From: Nitrospirota bacterium
GTDB taxonomy: Bacteria; Nitrospirota; Nitrospiria; Nitrospirales; Nitrospiraceae
DNA: 64,000 nt
Reading direction: 5' to 3'
Assembly (NCBI GenBank): GCA_963701855.1
Contig: CAVPBK010000006.1
Span: 1,440,001-1,504,000, forward strand
Shown here: in pieces, positions 1-11,225 of the stretch
Layout of the letters: every line of letters starts with the position of its first letter
How positions within the stretch are numbered: position 1 is the first letter of the stretch
Notes under the pieces: generated by a model
What the model was told of the DNA's origin: nothing
What the model saw: the letters and a program-made list of their open reading frames with translations, nothing else
Database searches by the model: none
Made by a program: the position numbers and the translations under genes

Positions 1-518
1 TCTGTATCGATTTTTGTGGCGGACTCGGGAACACCGAGGCGAACCGCCCATCGTTTCATTTCGACCGCTTCTTGGGGGCCCGTGCCGAAGACTTGACCGT
101 CTCCTCCCGTCAGCACCAACGTGGGGGCATAGCCTTGCTGGTAGAGATCCACGCCGCAAATGGTTCGATTTCTGGAATAGGAAGATGGCTCGGTGGTTGG
201 TCGAAGGGAACCTTTCGCATTGATGCCTCCTCCCAATACGACGATGGCGTCGAAGCGATCGGATGGTGTCAGCCGTGGGGGGTGGTACCAGGATTCGAGC
301 GAACCGATCAGCGGGGTGGCGATCAATGGACTGGATAGCGCCACGAGGAGAAGGAGGGAAAACATAAGGAGTTGGCGCACCCATCGCAGGCGTCTGGGAG
401 AAAATGGCAAGAGGGCCAAGACCGTCGCTACGCTGAGGAGCAGCACAACCCACGTCAGTGGGTAGAGACCGTACTTGACGAACTTATACAGCCCGAAGAA
501 GAATGGAGTCAGTTCCAT
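1..518 (-). CDS. YdcF/DUF218 family membrane protein (3' end runs off the window)
   Basis: Not in the ORF track. Manual translation from ATG at 518: MELTPFFFGLYKFVKYGLYPLTWVVLLL...RFDAIVVLGGG...LVLTGG...EAVEMKRWAVRLGVP; DAIVVLGGG and TGG motifs are typical of DUF218. Confidence 0.8.
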   Translation of the reverse strand, partial: MELTPFFFGLYKFVKYGLYPLTWVVLLLSVATVLALLPFSPRRLRWVRQLLMFSLLLLVALSSPLIATPLIGSLESWYHPPRLTPSDRFDAIVVLGGGINAKGSLRPTTEPSSYSRNRTICGVDLYQQGYAPTLVLTGGDGQVFGTGPQEAVEMKRWAVRLGVPESATKIDT

Positions 519-600
519 CAGCAGGTCTCAATCGAACAAGGGGCATCGTCGACAGCATACATGGAGTAAGGCAAATGACCAAGCAGGAAGAGGTGATGTG

Positions 601-1083
601 ATGGCACAAGGGCGCCGCTATTGGCTAATGAAATCCGAACCACGTGTATTTTCGATCGAGGATCTTGCGCAAGCCCCCAAGCAGACGACTTGTTGGGATG
701 GAGTGCGGAATTATCAGGCGCGCAACTTCATGCGTACGATGGCCGCCGGCGACCAGGTACTTTTTTATCATAGCAATGCCGAGCCGCCGGCCGTGGTGGG
801 GATTGCGGAAGTCGTGCGGACCGCCTATCCCGATGAGACGCAGTTCGACAAGACCAACCACCACTATGACCCAGCCAGTGTTTCCTCTGCTCCACGATGG
901 GATATGGTGAACATTCGGTATCGTCAGACATTCAAGACCGGTCTTTCGCTCGATCGATTAAGGCAGGAACCTAAACTGCAGGGTATGGTCTTGTTGCGAA
1001 AAGGCTCTCGTCTCTCGGTCCAACCAGTCACAGAAGCCGAATGGGCTGTGGTGCTGAAGTTAGCCGGAACCAAAGTCAGCTAG
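601..1083 (+). CDS. EVE domain-containing protein
   Basis: YWLMKSEP, WDGVRNYQARN, FYHSN and SRLSVQPV motifs; ATG at 601 after GAGGTG. Confidence 0.9.
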   Translation: MAQGRRYWLMKSEPRVFSIEDLAQAPKQTTCWDGVRNYQARNFMRTMAAGDQVLFYHSNAEPPAVVGIAEVVRTAYPDETQFDKTNHHYDPASVSSAPRWDMVNIRYRQTFKTGLSLDRLRQEPKLQGMVLLRKGSRLSVQPVTEAEWAVVLKLAGTKVS

Positions 1084-1138
1084 TGGAACAAATATTGGGT
1101 ATTCAAGTCGTGTACAAAGAGAGGATTTTTGCAGGCTG

Positions 1139-1387
1139 CTAGGTTTTGGCTTTGCCGTTATCAAGATGCCGATGCTGCCAGTCGAGCCAGGCATGGCCAA
1201 GTTCGTGGGCAAGAATGTAGCGCCGTCTGGTCACGGGCAAGCGCTTGCGCAGATAAATGGTCTTCGTGGCATCGTCCCAGATACCGTCGGCATTCGGGTC
1301 CCGACGATCCATGTCAGTATCGGAAAGTTGGCGTACGGAGATCCGATAGCCGAACGGAAACACAACTCGAGAGGGCATTCGCAACAT
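1139..1387 (-). CDS. Small ImmA/IrrE-like zinc metallopeptidase (82 aa)
   Basis: RRRYILAHELGHAWL (HExxH) preceded by a GIW...IYL strand pattern. Confidence 0.65.
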   Translation of the reverse strand: MLRMPSRVVFPFGYRISVRQLSDTDMDRRDPNADGIWDDATKTIYLRKRLPVTRRRYILAHELGHAWLDWQHRHLDNGKAKT

Positions 1388-1706
1388 ATCCGCTGCTCCT
1401 GACAGTGTGTCAGCGTATCACAAAGTCTTCTCTCGCTTCACGACTAAGACATCATTAATAATCAGTGACTTATACTATTACTCCATTCGAAAGTCCTGCA
1501 CCTCACCGGTCTTCCTTTGTCAGAAGGTCTAGACTGTTTTCGCTGAGGCCTGGCCGTAATCCCTCTTGCCGAGGCTGACGGTTCATACTACAAGAAAGGT
1601 TTTTCCTGCTTTCAACGCGTGCCACACCAGTTAGCGCTGCTGAAAGTGAGATGTTCTTCATTGGTGACCTAGAGCAGGAGTATACTGATCTCACATGAGG
1701 TCTACT

Positions 1707-2795
1707 ATGCATCGTGTACTTGTCCTGGGTGCTGGAAAGATCGGATCCCTGGTTGCCTGTCTCTTGTCAGAAAGTGGCGACTATGAGGTTTGTTTCGGTG
1801 ACATCAGCCTCGACGCCCCCAAGAGGTTCGTCGAGGATCTTGGCCTCTCGCGAGTGACGCCCCTGCACCTCGACGCCCGACACCCCGACTCCATCAGCGC
1901 ATACCTGACGGCACATCAATTCGATGCAGTCCTGTCGAGCCTTCCGTATTTCTGCAACCCAGTTGTAGCCGGATTGGCCCGAGAACACCGGCTTCACTAT
2001 TTCGACCTGACGGAAGACATCGAGGTGACCAATCAGGTTAAAGTATTGAGTATCGACTCGCCGCAAGCCTTTGTGCCGCAATGCGGTCTTGCCCCTGGAT
2101 TCATCAGCATTGCGGCGCACGACTTGATCACCCACTTCGATACGGTGGACACGGTGAAAATGAGGGTCGGAGCCTTGCCGGTCCATCCCAGTAATGCCCT
2201 CAAGTATTCGCTCACGTGGTCCACCGATGGGCTGATCAATGAGTACGGCAACATCTGTTACGGAATTGAGGAGGGGGAGAAGGTGCCGCTTCTTCCCCTT
2301 GAAGGGTATGAGACGATCGAGGTGGATGGACTCCTGTACGAAGCGTTCAACACCTCAGGAGGATTGGGAACATTGGCGGACACCTATGCAGCGAAAGTCA
2401 GGACCATGAACTATAAGACGCTGCGGTATCCGGGCCATTGCGAGAAAATCCACCTCTTGATGAAAGATCTCAAGCTGAACGAGGACCGTGAGACGCTCAA
2501 ACGAATCCTTGAACGAGCGGTTCCCCAGACACTGCAGGATGTCGTGCTGATCTATGCCTCTGTCATGGGGATGAAGGAAGGCGCCTTGTTCGAGGAAAAC
2601 TATGTGAAGAAGATCTATCCCCAATGCATTAAAGGAAAACTGTGGTCTGCCATTCAAGTGACGACCGCCTCGAGCTTGTGTGCCGTAGCCGACCTAGTGC
2701 TTGCGGCGCCTACACAGTACAGGGGATTCGTGACCCAGGAATCGTTTCCGTTGCAAGACGTGCTCAAGAATCGGTTCGGAGCCTGTTACAAATGA
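1707..2795 (+). CDS. Saccharopine dehydrogenase family / putative L-lysine 6-dehydrogenase
   Basis: VLGAGKIG Rossmann motif, [41 protein letters not shown]; start refined to ATG 1707 after GAGG. Confidence 0.85.
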   Translation: MHRVLVLGAGKIGSLVACLLSESGDYEVCFGDISLDAPKRFVEDLGLSRVTPLHLDARHPDSISAYLTAHQFDAVLSSLPYFCNPVVAGLAREHRLHYFDLTEDIEVTNQVKVLSIDSPQAFVPQCGLAPGFISIAAHDLITHFDTVDTVKMRVGALPVHPSNALKYSLTWSTDGLINEYGNICYGIEEGEKVPLLPLEGYETIEVDGLLYEAFNTSGGLGTLADTYAAKVRTMNYKTLRYPGHCEKIHLLMKDLKLNEDRETLKRILERAVPQTLQDVVLIYASVMGMKEGALFEENYVKKIYPQCIKGKLWSAIQVTTASSLCAVADLVLAAPTQYRGFVTQESFPLQDVLKNRFGACYK

Positions 2796-4321
2796 TGTCT
2801 ACCGCGGAAATCCTCAAGGGATTGGGCTTGAGTGCCGTCAACGCCGGCGGCAGCACTGGAATCCATTGGTGGACTTCCGGCGAGAACACACCGCTGCTGG
2901 AGTCCGTGAATCCTGCAACAGGCGGGACGATCGCGAAAATTCGCACCTGCTCAGCCGACGACTATGAGCACATCGCGAAGGAGTCTAGAGAGGCATTTCA
3001 GCAATGGCGGCTTGTCCCGGCTCCCAAGCGGGGGGAGTTCGTCCGGTTGCTCGGCACATCGTTGCGGGAGCACAAGGATCTGCTCGGTTCGCTGGTGTCT
3101 CTCGAAGTCGGCAAAGTCAAAGCGGAGGGAGACGGCGAAGTTCAGGAAATGATCGATATGGCGGACTTTGCCGTGGGCCAGTCGCGCATGCTGTATGGAA
3201 CGACGATGCATTCCGAGCGCTCGCAGCATCGGATGTCGGAGCAATGGCATCCGCTCGGACCGGTCGGTGTGATTACCGCCTTCAATTTCCCTGTCGCGGT
3301 CTGGGCCTGGAACGCGTTCCTGGCTGCGATTGCCGGAGATACGGTGGTGTGGAAGCCTTCACCGAAAGCGCCGCTCTGCGCGATTGCGGTGCAGCATCTC
3401 TGCAACCGCGTGATGGAGCAACAGGGCTATCGAGGGATTTTCTCACTGATGGTGACAGCTGAGAAGACCATTGCAGAGACGTTGGTCCAGGATTGCCGAT
3501 TGCCGTTGATTTCGTTCACGGGGTCCGTACCGGTGGGTCGAGCGGTGGCCGCGACTGTCGCGCAACGGCTGGGGCGGACGCTGTTGGAATTGAGCGGGAA
3601 CAACGCGATCATTGTGGATCAGACGGCGGACATTTCTTTGGCGATTCGCGCCATCGTGTTCGGAGCGGTCGGCACCGCCGGCCAACGTTGCACGACAACC
3701 AGACGGCTGTTTGTACATGAGTCTCGTTATGATGAAGTGGTTGCGAAGCTGGTCTTGGCATACAGGCAGATCCACATCGGCAATCCATTAGAGCCAGGCG
3801 TGCTCTTGGGTCCGCTGATCGATCGCGCCGCGGTGGAGGCCTATCGGAAGGCGATCGAAGAAGTAAAGCAGGCGGGAGGAAAAGTGCTTTATGGGGGGCA
3901 GGTATTGAGTCAGCCGGGCTATTTTGTGGAACCGGCCATCGTGAAAGCGGAGAACCATTGGTCCATCGTTCAGCGCGAGACCTTTGCACCGATTCTCTAT
4001 GTAATGCCTTTCAAGATACTTGACGATGCGATTGCGTTGCAGAATGCGGTACCTCAAGGCCTGTCTTCTGCGATTTTCACGTCCGATGTGCAGAGCAGCG
4101 AACGGTTCACATCCACTGCCGGCAGCGATTGCGGGATTGCCAATGTGAACATCGGGACATCAGGGGCGGAAATTGGTGGCGCCTTTGGAGGTGAAAAGGA
4201 AACCGGTGGAGGACGCGAAGCCGGCTCAGATGCCTGGAAAGCCTATATGCGGCGGCAGACGAACACGGTCAACTGGGGTCACGATTTGCCGCTGGCCCAG
4301 GGGATTCAGTTCGGCTCATAA
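2792..4321 (+). CDS. ALDH family 7 (antiquitin-like) piperideine-6-carboxylate / aminoadipate-semialdehyde dehydrogenase
   Basis: [69 protein letters not shown] overlap with the upstream stop. Confidence 0.9.
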   Translation: MMSTAEILKGLGLSAVNAGGSTGIHWWTSGENTPLLESVNPATGGTIAKIRTCSADDYEHIAKESREAFQQWRLVPAPKRGEFVRLLGTSLREHKDLLGSLVSLEVGKVKAEGDGEVQEMIDMADFAVGQSRMLYGTTMHSERSQHRMSEQWHPLGPVGVITAFNFPVAVWAWNAFLAAIAGDTVVWKPSPKAPLCAIAVQHLCNRVMEQQGYRGIFSLMVTAEKTIAETLVQDCRLPLISFTGSVPVGRAVAATVAQRLGRTLLELSGNNAIIVDQTADISLAIRAIVFGAVGTAGQRCTTTRRLFVHESRYDEVVAKLVLAYRQIHIGNPLEPGVLLGPLIDRAAVEAYRKAIEEVKQAGGKVLYGGQVLSQPGYFVEPAIVKAENHWSIVQRETFAPILYVMPFKILDDAIALQNAVPQGLSSAIFTSDVQSSERFTSTAGSDCGIANVNIGTSGAEIGGAFGGEKETGGGREAGSDAWKAYMRRQTNTVNWGHDLPLAQGIQFGS

Positions 4322-4353
4322 TGTCTATGTCTAAGCAACAAGGAGCGTAGACC

Positions 4354-4950
4354 ATGGAACCAGGTGTTGAGTTGGATGCACTGATCGCCAGGATGATTGA
4401 GGCCTATCTGTCTCGAAATCGGGCAGCCAAGGTGCTGCAGGATTCGTTGGACAAGGCGGGAGTCGGCTTCTACCCGGTTGCAGATCATCTCACGCTACGG
4501 ACGCTGAATATCGACCGGCGTGCCGAGGAATTTACGAGGCTTGGGTATGGGTATAGCGAAACGATCGAGTATGAAGACTGGTATGCGAAAGTCTATCGGA
4601 AGGTTGGGTACCCAGCGCTCTTTGTGGATCAAGCCTATCCCGATGACCGGGGCCGCACCAGCATCATCCCCGGATGGGTTAATCAATTTGGCGATCAGGT
4701 GTTCCATCATGTCGCGGTGCGTGTGGAAGACATCGAGCAGGCGATTGAACGGTTGAAGGCACAAGGGGTGGTCTTTACCGGTCAGATTGTCGGCGCGCGC
4801 GGTGGCCAGCTACGGCAAATTTTTACGGCGCCTGAAATGATGGACGGTCAGCCATTTTCCGTGTTGGAACTCGCCGAGCGCCACAGAGGATACCAGGGGT
4901 TCTCGCCTCCACAGGCAGACAGTTTGATGAAATCCACCGTAATCCGGTAG
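4354..4950 (+). CDS. VOC-fold protein resembling DUF1338 2-oxoadipate dioxygenase/decarboxylase
   Basis: DHLTLRT...F..LGY, HHVAVRV, LRQIFT and ELAER...YQGF...AD.LM.ST; AGGAG RBS. Confidence 0.6.
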   Translation: MEPGVELDALIARMIEAYLSRNRAAKVLQDSLDKAGVGFYPVADHLTLRTLNIDRRAEEFTRLGYGYSETIEYEDWYAKVYRKVGYPALFVDQAYPDDRGRTSIIPGWVNQFGDQVFHHVAVRVEDIEQAIERLKAQGVVFTGQIVGARGGQLRQIFTAPEMMDGQPFSVLELAERHRGYQGFSPPQADSLMKSTVIR

Positions 4951-4992
4951 CGCTCTGCCCCGCCCCGCCTTTTCCGCTCGTCGCGCATTTCC

Positions 4993-6489
4993 TTATCCCC
5001 AAGCTTTCTCGCCTCGCTTTACGAGTCCGCGCAAGAGTCGCTGCATCTTTCTTTTAGCCTTCTCACGACGCTGGCGTTGGCGTTCGACCATGCGTCCGGC
5101 GACAAATGCAGCCCGCGTGCTGGTCGATTGCTTGAGGAACGTTCGGATATACGCTTCAGCCTGAATGGCGTCTTGGTGCACGCCTAAGATGTCCTGTACA
5201 ACGCGGGCTTTGTTGATGAAGCGTGTGGCTTGCTTGCCGACCATCGATTCCGCGAGTTCGGCGGCATAGCGGGCTCGTTTGGTTTTGATCCTGGTATCGT
5301 GGATAGTGGCATTGTTGGGTGTGTGACCAGCCTGGCGGATCGCGTTTCGCAACTTTGTGAATTCCTGCTTGGCAATGTCATGCAATGTCACGGTCGATTC
5401 GACGGCGGTTGGATCGTGCGGCGCTTGCTGGAGCCGCCTGATGAGGTCGAGATACCGTGCGCTCTTCAGCTCGTTCAGCAGGACTTCCTGGATATTATTC
5501 CGCTGGGTTTCCAGATGGGCGATGAAAGGGGACAAAGGCCGGCGGTCTCGCGCATCCAGCGCGGCAGATTCCTCACAGAAATAGGCGAGCTGCACGTCGA
5601 GGTCGCGAGCCGGTCCAAGCAGTCGTCCGAGCCAGCGCAACTCATCCCGAAGCGAGTCTGCCCATTCAGGCATCAGCAGAGGCCTGGCAGCGCGCAGGAC
5701 GGCGCGCAATTGTCTCGTGGCCACGCGCATTTGATGCAGGCTCTCCGGTTCCCTTCCGAGCCTGGTGCCGGGATCATGCGCAAGCAGCCACCGGGCATGA
5801 CGTGCGAGAGCCCACCTCACATGAGCCAAGGCAGGTGCATCCGATGCCGGAAGCGGCTCAGGGCTGGGAGTCGCTAAAGAAAGTGCGCGAAAGAGCTTGG
5901 GGCGTCCGTCATGATCTTCGGCTCCGGCTCGACGGAGCTGCCGTTCGAGGTCCGGCAATGTGCTGTCCTTCCCATTCACCTGTTCGATTTCGAGTTCTCG
6001 AAAACGCTGAGAGACCGCTCCGTCTTTCACGACCGACACGTGGTCGAGCGTGACATCTGCGACAGGGGCATGGTCCGTGCCTACGCGGACTCCCGCCCGC
6101 CAGACTCGCAAGATTGCCACAGGCATAAGTGGCCGTTGTCCGATATGAAGAAAAAGCAGATCGCGGAAGATTGTTGGGGGAGTAGACTGGCGATCGACCA
6201 GCTCAACTTCCTGCCGGCCCTTCATGAGAGGGAGTTTCAGTTGCCAGGCCTGTTTCCCGCGCTCAACTCGATGGCGAAAGGTGATCCCAGCATGGGCCAA
6301 GTCATACTGGGAGGTGTCATGGTAGGTCGAAGTTAGCAGGCGTCGTGGAAGCGGGGTGCCGGGAAGATGGGGCAGACGGAAGTGGTCACTGACCGCCAGT
6401 TTGATCTCACGCTCCACCGTTGATCGTACAGATGAATTGATAGCAACGGGATCTGGCGGTTTCGAGGGAGGTTTATTGGCACGAGCCAT
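4993..6489 (-). CDS. CYTH + CHAD domain protein
   Basis: N-terminal EREIKL and ELEIE (CYTH); LHQMRVATRQLR, ARDLDV, HDTRIKTKRARY and QDILGVHQD (CHAD). Confidence 0.85.
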   Translation of the reverse strand: MARANKPPSKPPDPVAINSSVRSTVEREIKLAVSDHFRLPHLPGTPLPRRLLTSTYHDTSQYDLAHAGITFRHRVERGKQAWQLKLPLMKGRQEVELVDRQSTPPTIFRDLLFLHIGQRPLMPVAILRVWRAGVRVGTDHAPVADVTLDHVSVVKDGAVSQRFRELEIEQVNGKDSTLPDLERQLRRAGAEDHDGRPKLFRALSLATPSPEPLPASDAPALAHVRWALARHARWLLAHDPGTRLGREPESLHQMRVATRQLRAVLRAARPLLMPEWADSLRDELRWLGRLLGPARDLDVQLAYFCEESAALDARDRRPLSPFIAHLETQRNNIQEVLLNELKSARYLDLIRRLQQAPHDPTAVESTVTLHDIAKQEFTKLRNAIRQAGHTPNNATIHDTRIKTKRARYAAELAESMVGKQATRFINKARVVQDILGVHQDAIQAEAYIRTFLKQSTSTRAAFVAGRMVERQRQRREKAKRKMQRLLRGLVKRGEKAWG

Positions 6490-6748
6490 CGCAGTCTCCT
6501 TAGCGGGACCGCGTAATGTCGCAGATGGAAGAGGAGGGAAGCAATCCCTAGTCCGTGTTCCTCGCGCGCAACTCGCTCATCATGCGCCACGTTAACAAAG
6601 GCCTCAGTGTCATTCAGGCCAAATCAGATCCCATTGCGCCATTTTCAGGATTAATCCTTGAATAGACGAGAGACGGTCGTCGCATTATGGGTGCATACTG
6701 TCCTATAGGCACACAAGTGAACACCCTTCCATCCCGCAGGAGTATGGG

Positions 6749-6780
6749 TTGACAGTGGGATACATCCAACGGTACAAAAT
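6749..6780 (+). promoter_or_regulatory. Putative sigma-70 promoter of tRNA-Leu-tig
   Basis: TTGACA-N18-TACAAA about 70 bp upstream of the tRNA. Confidence 0.5.
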
Positions 6781-6849
6781 ACCCACAGGAACCTGTCTTT
6801 TTGTTTGCTTGCTCATCATGCCGGGGTCGGCTCCTGCATACTCCACCCT

Positions 6850-6932
6850 GCGAGAGTGGCGGAACTGGCAGACGCGCGAGACTTAGGATCTCGTGGGTAA
6901 CCGTGGGGGTTCAAGTCCCCCCTCTCGCACCA
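6850..6932 (+). tRNA. tRNA-Leu(TAG)
   Basis: GCGAGAG/CTCTCGC acceptor stem, CGAGA-CTTAGGA-TCTCG anticodon arm, variable arm, GGTTCAAGTCC, encoded CCA. Confidence 0.95.
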
Positions 6933-7009
6933 GATTACGGCCGGACGGTCGGCGATGGCGCGGTAGTCAGCACAAGGCTTCTTACAAGGAACAAGGGTGC
7001 GCACCAGCT

Positions 7010-8320
7010 ATGAAAATGGAAGTGACTGAACTAGGACCAATGAAACGCGCCCTCAAGATTGAGGTGCCGGCCGATGAAGTCACGCAACGGTTTGCCCGCG
7101 CTTATGGTGAACTGAACCGCCAAGCCAACATCCCAGGATTTCGCCCTGGCAAGGTACCCTTGGCCTTACTGGAAAAACGCTATGCCAAAACCGTGGAAGA
7201 GGACGTGATTCGAAGCCTCGTGCCGGACTTTTACGACAAGGCTGTCCGCCAAGCGGGGATTGTGCCGGTCCATGTCGAGATTCCTCCGCTGGACCGTGTG
7301 AAGATTAAGAAGAACGAACCTTTTACGTTTACCGCGACCGTCGAGATCAGGCCGAATATCGAGTTGCGGGACTATAAGGCGCCGAGTCCGATCTCGCTCA
7401 AGCCCGACAAGCGCACTGTCACAGACGAACAGCTTGACCGAGGCCTTGAGGTCTTGCGCGAACAACAGGCCCGTCTGGAAGCCACAGCTCCTGGCCACAC
7501 TATCGTGGACAGGGACTATATCGTGCTGGATGTGCAAGGTGCGCTCGATGGAGCACCGCTGGAAGGGACGAAGAAAGAAGGTCAGCTCCACAAGGTTGGA
7601 TCACACGCGTCCGTTTTGGGATTGGAAATTGATCCGCATGTCGGGGGGAAGAAAGAGGGCGATGTGCTCGAAATCTCCCAGCCGTACCCAGCAGGCCATC
7701 CCGATCCCCGCGTTGCCGGTAAGACAGTCGTGTTTACGCTGACGATCAAATCCGTCAAGGAAAAGAAACTGCCGGCCCTGGACGATGAATTTGCCAAAGA
7801 TTGTGGTCCTTACAACTCGCTCCAGGAAATCAAAGATAAACTGCGAGAGGGGATGGAGCAGGGGCTGAAGCGAGAGATCGAAGATACCTATAAGGATACG
7901 ATCGTTAAGCGGCTCATAGACACCCACCACTTCGATCTCCCGGAAACCCTAGTAGAGCGTGAGCTGGAGGCCATCATCCGCCAGCACGTGCAGCAGCAAC
8001 AGCGGAAGGGTGGCGCCCAGGAGTCGCCCGGCACGGAGGATCTCACAAGCCTTCGCCAAGAACATCGGGACGAAGCGGCGCGCCGTGTGAAGGTCAGCCT
8101 CGTATTAGAAACGATCGCCGAGAAAGAAGGGCTGACGGTCACGCAGGACGATTTCAACGCCGAAATTATGAGGCTGGCGTCGGAGCTCAAAATGCCGGCT
8201 GCAGATCTCGTCAAGATGATCAAGGCCGGAGGACAAGAGTCCATTGATGATTTACGTACCAGGATTTTGGTGGATAAAGCCCTGGATTTTGTATACCGCA
8301 ATGCGGTGATTCAGGGATAG
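7010..8320 (+). CDS. tig: Trigger factor
   Basis: IPGFRPGK ribosome-binding motif, LDDEFAK; canonical tRNA-Leu-tig-clpP-clpX order. Confidence 0.95.
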   Translation: MKMEVTELGPMKRALKIEVPADEVTQRFARAYGELNRQANIPGFRPGKVPLALLEKRYAKTVEEDVIRSLVPDFYDKAVRQAGIVPVHVEIPPLDRVKIKKNEPFTFTATVEIRPNIELRDYKAPSPISLKPDKRTVTDEQLDRGLEVLREQQARLEATAPGHTIVDRDYIVLDVQGALDGAPLEGTKKEGQLHKVGSHASVLGLEIDPHVGGKKEGDVLEISQPYPAGHPDPRVAGKTVVFTLTIKSVKEKKLPALDDEFAKDCGPYNSLQEIKDKLREGMEQGLKREIEDTYKDTIVKRLIDTHHFDLPETLVERELEAIIRQHVQQQQRKGGAQESPGTEDLTSLRQEHRDEAARRVKVSLVLETIAEKEGLTVTQDDFNAEIMRLASELKMPAADLVKMIKAGGQESIDDLRTRILVDKALDFVYRNAVIQG

Positions 8321-8385
8321 TGTCGAGCGGTTCTGGCTGGTCTGAATTTCATTGGTCAGCGAGTTGGAATATAGGAGCACACCAC

Positions 8386-8511
8386 GCGGGATGCTCAAAA
8401 AGTTTGTCCAGCAAGGCCGCAGCGAATGAAGACCGGAGGCGTACCCTCGGAAGTACGTTGAGGATCTGAACGACGCGAGAACGATGCTGGCGAGCTTTTT
8501 CAGCATCCCGC
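8386..8511. mobile_element. MITE-like repeat (family A, GTACCC-type cargo)
   Basis: Inverted ends GCGGGATGCTCAAAAAG / CTTTTTCAGCATCCCGC; internal CAGCAAGGCCGCAGCGA; similar to 21669-21792 inverted. Confidence 0.75.
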
Positions 8512-8533
8512 TAATCGGAAAGGAACGATCTGC

Positions 8534-9169
8534 ATGCTAGTTCCCATTGTTATCGAAACGACTAACCGAGGCGAACGCGCCTACGACATTTACTCTCGGC
8601 TCCTGAAAGACAGGATCATCTTCCTCGGCGCGCCGATCGACGACATCTTTGCCAACCTGATTATTGCCCAGCTCTTGTTTCTCGAAGCAGAAGACCCTGA
8701 AAAAGATATCAATCTCTACGTCAACTCCCCCGGGGGAAGCGTCACGGCGGGATTGGGCATTTACGACACCATGCAGTATGTGAAACCTCCGATTAACACC
8801 ATCTGCCTAGGCCAGGCCGCCAGCATGGGGGCTTTTTTGCTCACCGCAGGAACCAAAGGGAAGCGATTCGCCTTGCCGAATGCGAGGGTCATGATTCACC
8901 AACCTATGGGCGGGTTTCAGGGGCAAGCCACTGAAATCGACATTCATGCCAGAGAGATTTTGAAAATCCGTGAACGACTCAATGAAATCATGGCCAAACA
9001 TACCGGCCAGCCTCTGGAGAAGATATCCCTGGATACCGAACGGGATTACTTCATGTCGGCAGAAGAAGCCAAGCGGTACGGTCTCATCGACGAAGTCATT
9101 ACACGGCCACCGAAACTCCTCAAGGCTGTCAGTGGTGACGCAGGAAAAGACGCGGCTAAGGATAAGTAA
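8534..9169 (+). CDS. clpP: ATP-dependent Clp protease proteolytic subunit
   Basis: [34 protein letters not shown]. Confidence 0.97.
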   Translation: MLVPIVIETTNRGERAYDIYSRLLKDRIIFLGAPIDDIFANLIIAQLLFLEAEDPEKDINLYVNSPGGSVTAGLGIYDTMQYVKPPINTICLGQAASMGAFLLTAGTKGKRFALPNARVMIHQPMGGFQGQATEIDIHAREILKIRERLNEIMAKHTGQPLEKISLDTERDYFMSAEEAKRYGLIDEVITRPPKLLKAVSGDAGKDAAKDK

Positions 9170-9182
9170 CAAGGGAGGACGC

Positions 9183-10439
9183 ATGGCGAAGCCAGATAAG
9201 ATGGATCGACATCTCCGCTGCTCGTTCTGTGGAAAGAGCCGCGACGAAGTCCGCAAATTGATTGCGGGGCCCACCGTCTACATCTGCGATGAATGTGTCA
9301 ACCTCTGTAACGACATCATTGCCGAGGATTGGGAAGAAGCCAAAGAAGAAATTTCGTCGAAACTCAAAAAGCCGGTGGAAATTAAACACCACCTGGATCA
9401 ATACGTCGTGGGACAGGAACGGGCCAAGAAAATTCTCGCGGTGGCCGTGCATAACCACTACAAACGAATCTCGTCCAAGGATAAAGATGTTGACGATGTG
9501 CAACTCCAGAAGGGCAACATCCTCATGCTGGGGCCCACAGGCACGGGGAAAACGCTGTTGGCCCAGACCCTCGCGAAGTACTTGGATGTCCCTTTCACGC
9601 TGGCTGATGCGACCACGCTCACCGAGGCAGGGTACGTCGGAGAAGATGTGGAAAACATCATTCTCAAGCTTCTGCAAGCTGCGGACTACGATGTGGAACG
9701 GGCCGAGCGGGGCATAGTCTACATCGATGAAATCGACAAGATTAGCCGCAAGAGCGACAGTCCGTCCATCACCCGCGACGTTTCTGGCGAAGGGGTACAA
9801 CAGGCGCTGCTCAAGCTCATTGAGGGGACTGTCGCCAACGTGCCGCCGCAAGGCGGACGCAAGCATCCGCATCAAGAGTTTATTCAAATCAATACGAGCA
9901 ACATTTTGTTCATCTGCGGCGGAGCGTTCGTCGGGCTCGAGCAAATTATCGAGCAACGCTTGAATCGGAAGGCGATGGGATTCGGAGCCGAAGTTCGCGG
10001 ACGGAGCGAAATACGACTGGGCGAACTGTTCGCGAAAGTTCAGCCGGAAGACTTCCTCAAGTACGGATTGATTCCGGAGTTTGTCGGTCGGCTGCCGGTT
10101 GTCGCTACCTTAGATGAGCTGGATGAACGCGCTCTCATTCGAATCTTGACCGAGCCGAGAAACGCGCTCACGAAACAGTATGAGAAATTGCTTTCTTTTG
10201 AGAAGGTGAAGCTCAAGTTCACGGAGGGCGCGCTCGGGGCGATCGCACGGAAAGCGTTTCACCAGAAAACCGGCGCGCGAGGATTGCGTGCCATCCTCGA
10301 AGATGTGATGCTGGACGTGATGTACGATGCCCCTTCTCAGAAGCAGATTAAGGAAGTCCTCATCACTGAGGATGCCATCCTCGGCAAGCACGATCCCATC
10401 CGGATCTTCGAGCAAGACAAGGAGGTAAAGACAGCTTAA
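9183..10439 (+). CDS. clpX: Clp protease ATP-binding subunit ClpX
   Basis: CSFCGK...ICDEC zinc finger, [34 protein letters not shown] before ATG 9183. Confidence 0.97.
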   Translation: MAKPDKMDRHLRCSFCGKSRDEVRKLIAGPTVYICDECVNLCNDIIAEDWEEAKEEISSKLKKPVEIKHHLDQYVVGQERAKKILAVAVHNHYKRISSKDKDVDDVQLQKGNILMLGPTGTGKTLLAQTLAKYLDVPFTLADATTLTEAGYVGEDVENIILKLLQAADYDVERAERGIVYIDEIDKISRKSDSPSITRDVSGEGVQQALLKLIEGTVANVPPQGGRKHPHQEFIQINTSNILFICGGAFVGLEQIIEQRLNRKAMGFGAEVRGRSEIRLGELFAKVQPEDFLKYGLIPEFVGRLPVVATLDELDERALIRILTEPRNALTKQYEKLLSFEKVKLKFTEGALGAIARKAFHQKTGARGLRAILEDVMLDVMYDAPSQKQIKEVLITEDAILGKHDPIRIFEQDKEVKTA

Positions 10440-10484
10440 GTCGTTATAGGTATAGAGATTTTTATCATCCAGTGGGGTCTACCA

Positions 10485-10526
10485 AGGAGCCTCCAAGCCA
10501 GGATCATCTTGGCCGGAGGCTTCTTC
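10485..10526 (+). terminator. Hairpin downstream of clpX
   Basis: GGAGCCTCCAAGCCAGGATCATCTTGGCCGGAGGCTTC imperfect stem-loop. Confidence 0.5.
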
Positions 10527-10660
10527 ACGTCTTTTCTTCTCGAATACTCTCCACCCCTTCTTTCTTCTATGCCTGTAGCGATGGTTACGACTCTACGCTT
10601 TTCCTCGACAAGATGAAACGCTGCGCTATACTTGCGTTACAGATTGAACGTGGAGGACGT

Positions 10661-11179
10661 GTGAAATATCCCGTGTCTTCAAGCCTTCGACACAAAGGGA
10701 AAGCCCTCGACCTTGATGCAAACCGTGAAGTGATTACCCTTCTAGGGATCAACGGCGAACCCATGGGCAACCTGTCCTGGGACTTCGTCATCGACCAGAT
10801 TCTTGCCTATCGTAAACCCCAGGCGAGCCGAGAAGTCAGGAATGAGCCGCGCGTCACACTCACCTTCCGTGTCAAGTACATAACCCCGGAAGGCCAGCAG
10901 TTTGAAAGTCGCGCAAGTGGCATTGGCGGAGGCGGGCTCTTTATAGAAAGCCTGAGCACTCTACCGGTCGGCACCAAGCTTGCCCTTGAATTTTCGCTAC
11001 CAGAGCAGCCGTCAGAGTGGTTACCAGCGAAGGGTCTTGTCGCGTGGGTGTGTCCTAAAGCAGACCAATATACGTTTAGTCCTGGCATGGGGGTGCGCTT
11101 TACGGAGATTAACCCCGATATCCGTAACCGCGTGCTCGAACTGGTGAAATCTCTCCAAACCGTCGGACAGTCAGCCTAG
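10661..11179 (+). CDS. PilZ domain protein (TIGR02266-like) with N-terminal extra domain
   Basis: RNEPR, GGGLFIES, GLVAWV, PGMGVRF; GTG start after GGAGG. Confidence 0.8.
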   Translation: MKYPVSSSLRHKGKALDLDANREVITLLGINGEPMGNLSWDFVIDQILAYRKPQASREVRNEPRVTLTFRVKYITPEGQQFESRASGIGGGGLFIESLSTLPVGTKLALEFSLPEQPSEWLPAKGLVAWVCPKADQYTFSPGMGVRFTEINPDIRNRVLELVKSLQTVGQSA

Positions 11180-11225
11180 TGAGTATCCATTTGCCACTGA
11201 AGCGGCCCGCCTTCAATACCAGGGT

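Noticed and set aside
1440..1700. Lysine riboswitch upstream of the lysine operon
   Set aside because: No recognisable L-box motifs by eye; a covariance-model search would be needed.
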